A stretch of 64,000 nucleotides of DNA from Orbicella franksi. Its lineage: Eukaryota. Location of the stretch: positions 27,404,001-27,468,000 of the forward strand of contig OZ116699.1 in assembly GCA_964199315.1 (NCBI GenBank). The letters are read 5' to 3'. The notes beneath the pieces were generated by a model. That model did no database searches. It was not told the DNA's origin and saw nothing but the letters and a program-made list of their open reading frames with translations. A program made the translations under genes and the position numbers. Below are positions 61,501 through 64,000 of the stretch, piece by piece; position 1 is the first letter of the stretch; the number at the start of each line of letters is the position of its first letter.

Positions 61501-63722
61501 AGAAAACTAGTACGTAGATCGTCTTGTTCAAGAGATAATTTGACTGGAATTACGGAAAAAGTAAACAGACATTTTGTTTGTACTAGCTCACAATGAAAGT
61601 TGTTGAAAAACTTTAAAAACTGACTTTGAGTATTTTATGATATCGTTAGATACTTGAATAAATAAAGAAAAAATTGGCAAAGTCGAGATTTTAGATTTGG
61701 AACTCCATACTTACGATAGCGTAACAGCAGCTGCTACGGCTGCTGTGGTTCCGACGGTCGCGACTGCTACTCCGACGAACACTTTCTTAGGAATCGGAAA
61801 GGTGGTGTCATTACTCTCTGAGACTCCATCCGTGTTGTTCTTACTCTGATCAATAGAAAATAGAAGCAATCTATTAAATGATGTATTTAACATGCGCCAA
61901 TCACTCAATCATTTTATTGCATGTCGAACAAAGCAGGTTGCTGGCGAAAGAAATAATCATTACTGAGTTTTCGGTATAGACATGCGAGGAATTGAGAATG
62001 CCAAAGAATTGTAGAGACTGAAGTAAGCTGCAGGTGTTGTCTGCTTTATAAGATCTTTCCGCAAGAAGCAATTCTGGGTGTTGGTAAGATGAAAAAAGAA
62101 GGAATTCACAAATGATATGTGAAATGGAAAGCAACCTACCGTTATTCTGATGAGGTCCTTGAACAGTGTCAAACTGAACGTATTTGTCTCATTAACTCCC
62201 TCGACTGAGACATAAAACCATCTGCTAGAGCAAGCTTTCACGTAAATGATCAATCCTTCTGCAGCGAATTCCTCGTCAGATACAAAGCGGGGCTCGGTGC
62301 TGCCTCCCTTGGAAGTAGCATTACAAAATGTACTGTTTTGAAGGTCATCCAGTTGCCAAAGGGGATCGCTATCAGCAAGCTTAATATCTCCATGGAACTC
62401 ACAGGATCCAAGGTTGACGTGATAATTTCGGGGATTCCTGATGCTTGTAGAAACTGAGATACCAGCACTTCCATGGGATGTTTGCAGGAATACGGTCTTT
62501 ATCCCCGTCTTGTTCAACAAGTCGTATTTATAATATTTTACAGAATTTTGTACCACACTGGACACTACCTCTTCTTCTTCCTCGAGCAGAGCAGGTTCTA
62601 AGAAACAATGCGTAAGGAAAAATAGTGTAGTAATTAATTGTAAAAGAAGAAATGACTGCGTTTTTAGAAATGACTTTAAGCAATGTGTGTTTACTCACGA
62701 GGGAAAATGATGTCATCTGCCGATTGAGCAAATGTATGGCGATATGCCACGTGGACGTATGTTGTACTTGACCGGTTTAGTCATGCATGGGAACCCAAAA
62801 ATTTGGAAATTTTTCGGTTTAAACTTAGAAATTGCTTACAATTGTGGAAATGCGTTTTTGCCACTGGAAAGCAGAGCTGATTCTTGATTCCTTCAGTATC
62901 GTCGAACAGCAATTGATCGGCAAACCGAGATTGTTGCTTACGGATTAGGCTGGAATTTGATATGGGGCTTGCTTTTTGACATCACTGACCTACTATCCCA
63001 CTTTAAAATGTAGGGAAATAGTTTTTCCTGAAACTGAAATTCAAAAGATGACAAAACTTACACCTTTGAGTTGAAGCTAGAGATGAAAGGACAGAAGAGA
63101 AAGCCGGATCACAGCGAAAATAGCACGGCAAAGCACTCACCATAACACGAGCTTTCTTGAATGTTTCCTACCAGGGAATTTACGCCTGCAAAGGTTTTGG
63201 AAGAAACTACATGATGATCATCAGGATCACTGGCAATGATATTCAACTCATTCTTGTTTAGTCTCTGACCAATCCCTATAACAAAAATGTTTACCCCGTC
63301 TCCACGGAGCAACTCGGATGGTGTGATTACCGAGCCCGTCCCCAAGCTAGCTCTTCCGTCAGTAAGAAGAACAAGCACTCTCGGAATACCCAATTCTTTA
63401 GCTCTGACTCCGTGATCTGGGTTTCCAAACAGGCTTGCATGGGCTTCTAAGAGAGCTAAGTCGGTGCGGGTCAAACCAGGTTCGTAAGGTACCGATCCAG
63501 TTGCACTAAGGACGTCTTGCTTGTTGGCGTAGGTGTTAAAACGAAACATTGTCGTCGGAACGTCGCTGTATCTGATGAGAGCCACTCGAGTGCCATCAGG
63601 ATATGAAATGTTGAAATATTTGCAAACCTTTATGATGAACTGGAGTCCAAGTTGAAAGTTGGATGGATTGACGCTGGTAGAGGAATCCAATACGAAGGCT
63701 AAATCGATCGGATTTTGACAAT
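51043..63722 (-). CDS. VWA-domain adhesion/secretin-family-like 7TM receptor with very large ICL1 insert; 5' exon(s) outside the window
   Basis: Phase-consistent exons: 63722-63141 (VWA; DSSTS..T..LTDG MIDAS), 62597-62140, 61845-61715 (TM1), 61291-60161 (377 codons, low complexity), 59100-59001 (TM2 SQAICVLLSQLLFLAG), 58540-58381 (TM3 IACAVVAITMNYLSLVTLCWLIVQALYL), 58257-58194 (TM4 WGLPLVVV), 57803-57737 (ECL2 CWIS, TM5), 57392-57295, 56981-56855 (TM6 LTWLLG; TM7 FFSIFNALQ), 56373-56239 (GFGFFLFYVVLNPEVR), 55019-54660, probably 54383-54221, last exon 51213-51043. The junction between 54221 and 51213 is unresolved (needs a phase 1-to-0 exon). Confidence 0.83.
53491..54100. mobile_element. Non-autonomous TIR element in an intron of the 7TM gene
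   Basis: Left attgctggttttcagtgtcac; right end reverse-complements to tatagctggttttcacatgacgtcac. Internal hairpin atgctggtgcccatccgtatgggcaccaacat. Confidence 0.6.
55234..55557 (+). mobile_element. TSD-flanked, A-tailed insertion (retroposition signature) made of degenerate GTAAGT-like repeats
   Basis: AGTTAGAAGGTAATA at 55234-55248 and 55543-55557; A-run at 55534-55543 immediately before the second copy. Confidence 0.7.
58561..58590. repeat. (AAT)n microsatellite
   Basis: Directly visible; adjacent to the TM3 exon acceptor. Confidence 0.95.
59956..59984. repeat. (GAAGTT)n hexamer repeat
   Basis: About five tandem copies. Confidence 0.9.
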
Positions 63723-64000
63723 CTAAGGAAGATAATTGAGATAAATTAACTATTACCCTATTCATACATATTTTTGCGTGTGTTTTACGCGAATGGACAA
63801 AAATTGTTAAGGCGCGCACAAAATTAATGTTGTGGCTGACTTATTCCACTATTAATGAAACAACTTTTCGTCTAAGAATCAATCAATGAGAAATCTAGAG
63901 GAAGACAGAGCTACGATATCTTCGAAAAGGACATTAATATGACCTTATAATTAATATCTCGAGCGCGGTCTCTGCCAATGCTTTTTTTTAATAGGATGTC

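Noticed and set aside
60157-63819. Stand-alone single-pass VWA protein as the only reading of this region
   Set aside because: A phase-2 donor at 60161 matches the TM2 exon at 59100, and the downstream 7TM exons have no other TM1. It is retained only as a possible isoform.
1-64000. Most 60-120 aa ORFs in the six-frame track
   Set aside because: They are antisense shadows of real exons, read-through of exons into introns, or chance ORFs in repeats. None has a recognisable domain or splice support.

Overview
Eukaryotic, AT-rich, intron-rich genomic DNA. The repeat landscape and gene content suggest an anthozoan, probably a stony coral (inference only). I assembled five spliced genes by hand from GT-AG boundaries and phase continuity. 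(1) A + strand DUF4062-like / P-loop NACHT-like / TPR STAND protein (6670-20817; first exon uncertain). (2,3) Two tandem - strand class A neuropeptide-type GPCR paralogues with identical intron phases (23454-30047 and 35067-39891). The second has two intact, phase-compatible alternative terminal exons, each encoding TM7, helix 8 and the C-tail. (4) A - strand WS/DGAT-fold acyltransferase whose catalytic HHxxxDG motif reads HESIADI (42436-47929). (5) A - strand adhesion/secretin-type 7TM receptor (51043 to beyond 63722) with a MIDAS-intact VWA domain, no recognisable GAIN/GPS, and a 377-codon symmetric exon inserted in intracellular loop 1. Introns and intergenic DNA hold many non-autonomous elements. 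Five sequence-diverse elements share a 'TIR-bounded body + long terminal hairpin' design, three of them with an octamer+CCAAT cassette. All gene models are manual and untested by transcript or database evidence.
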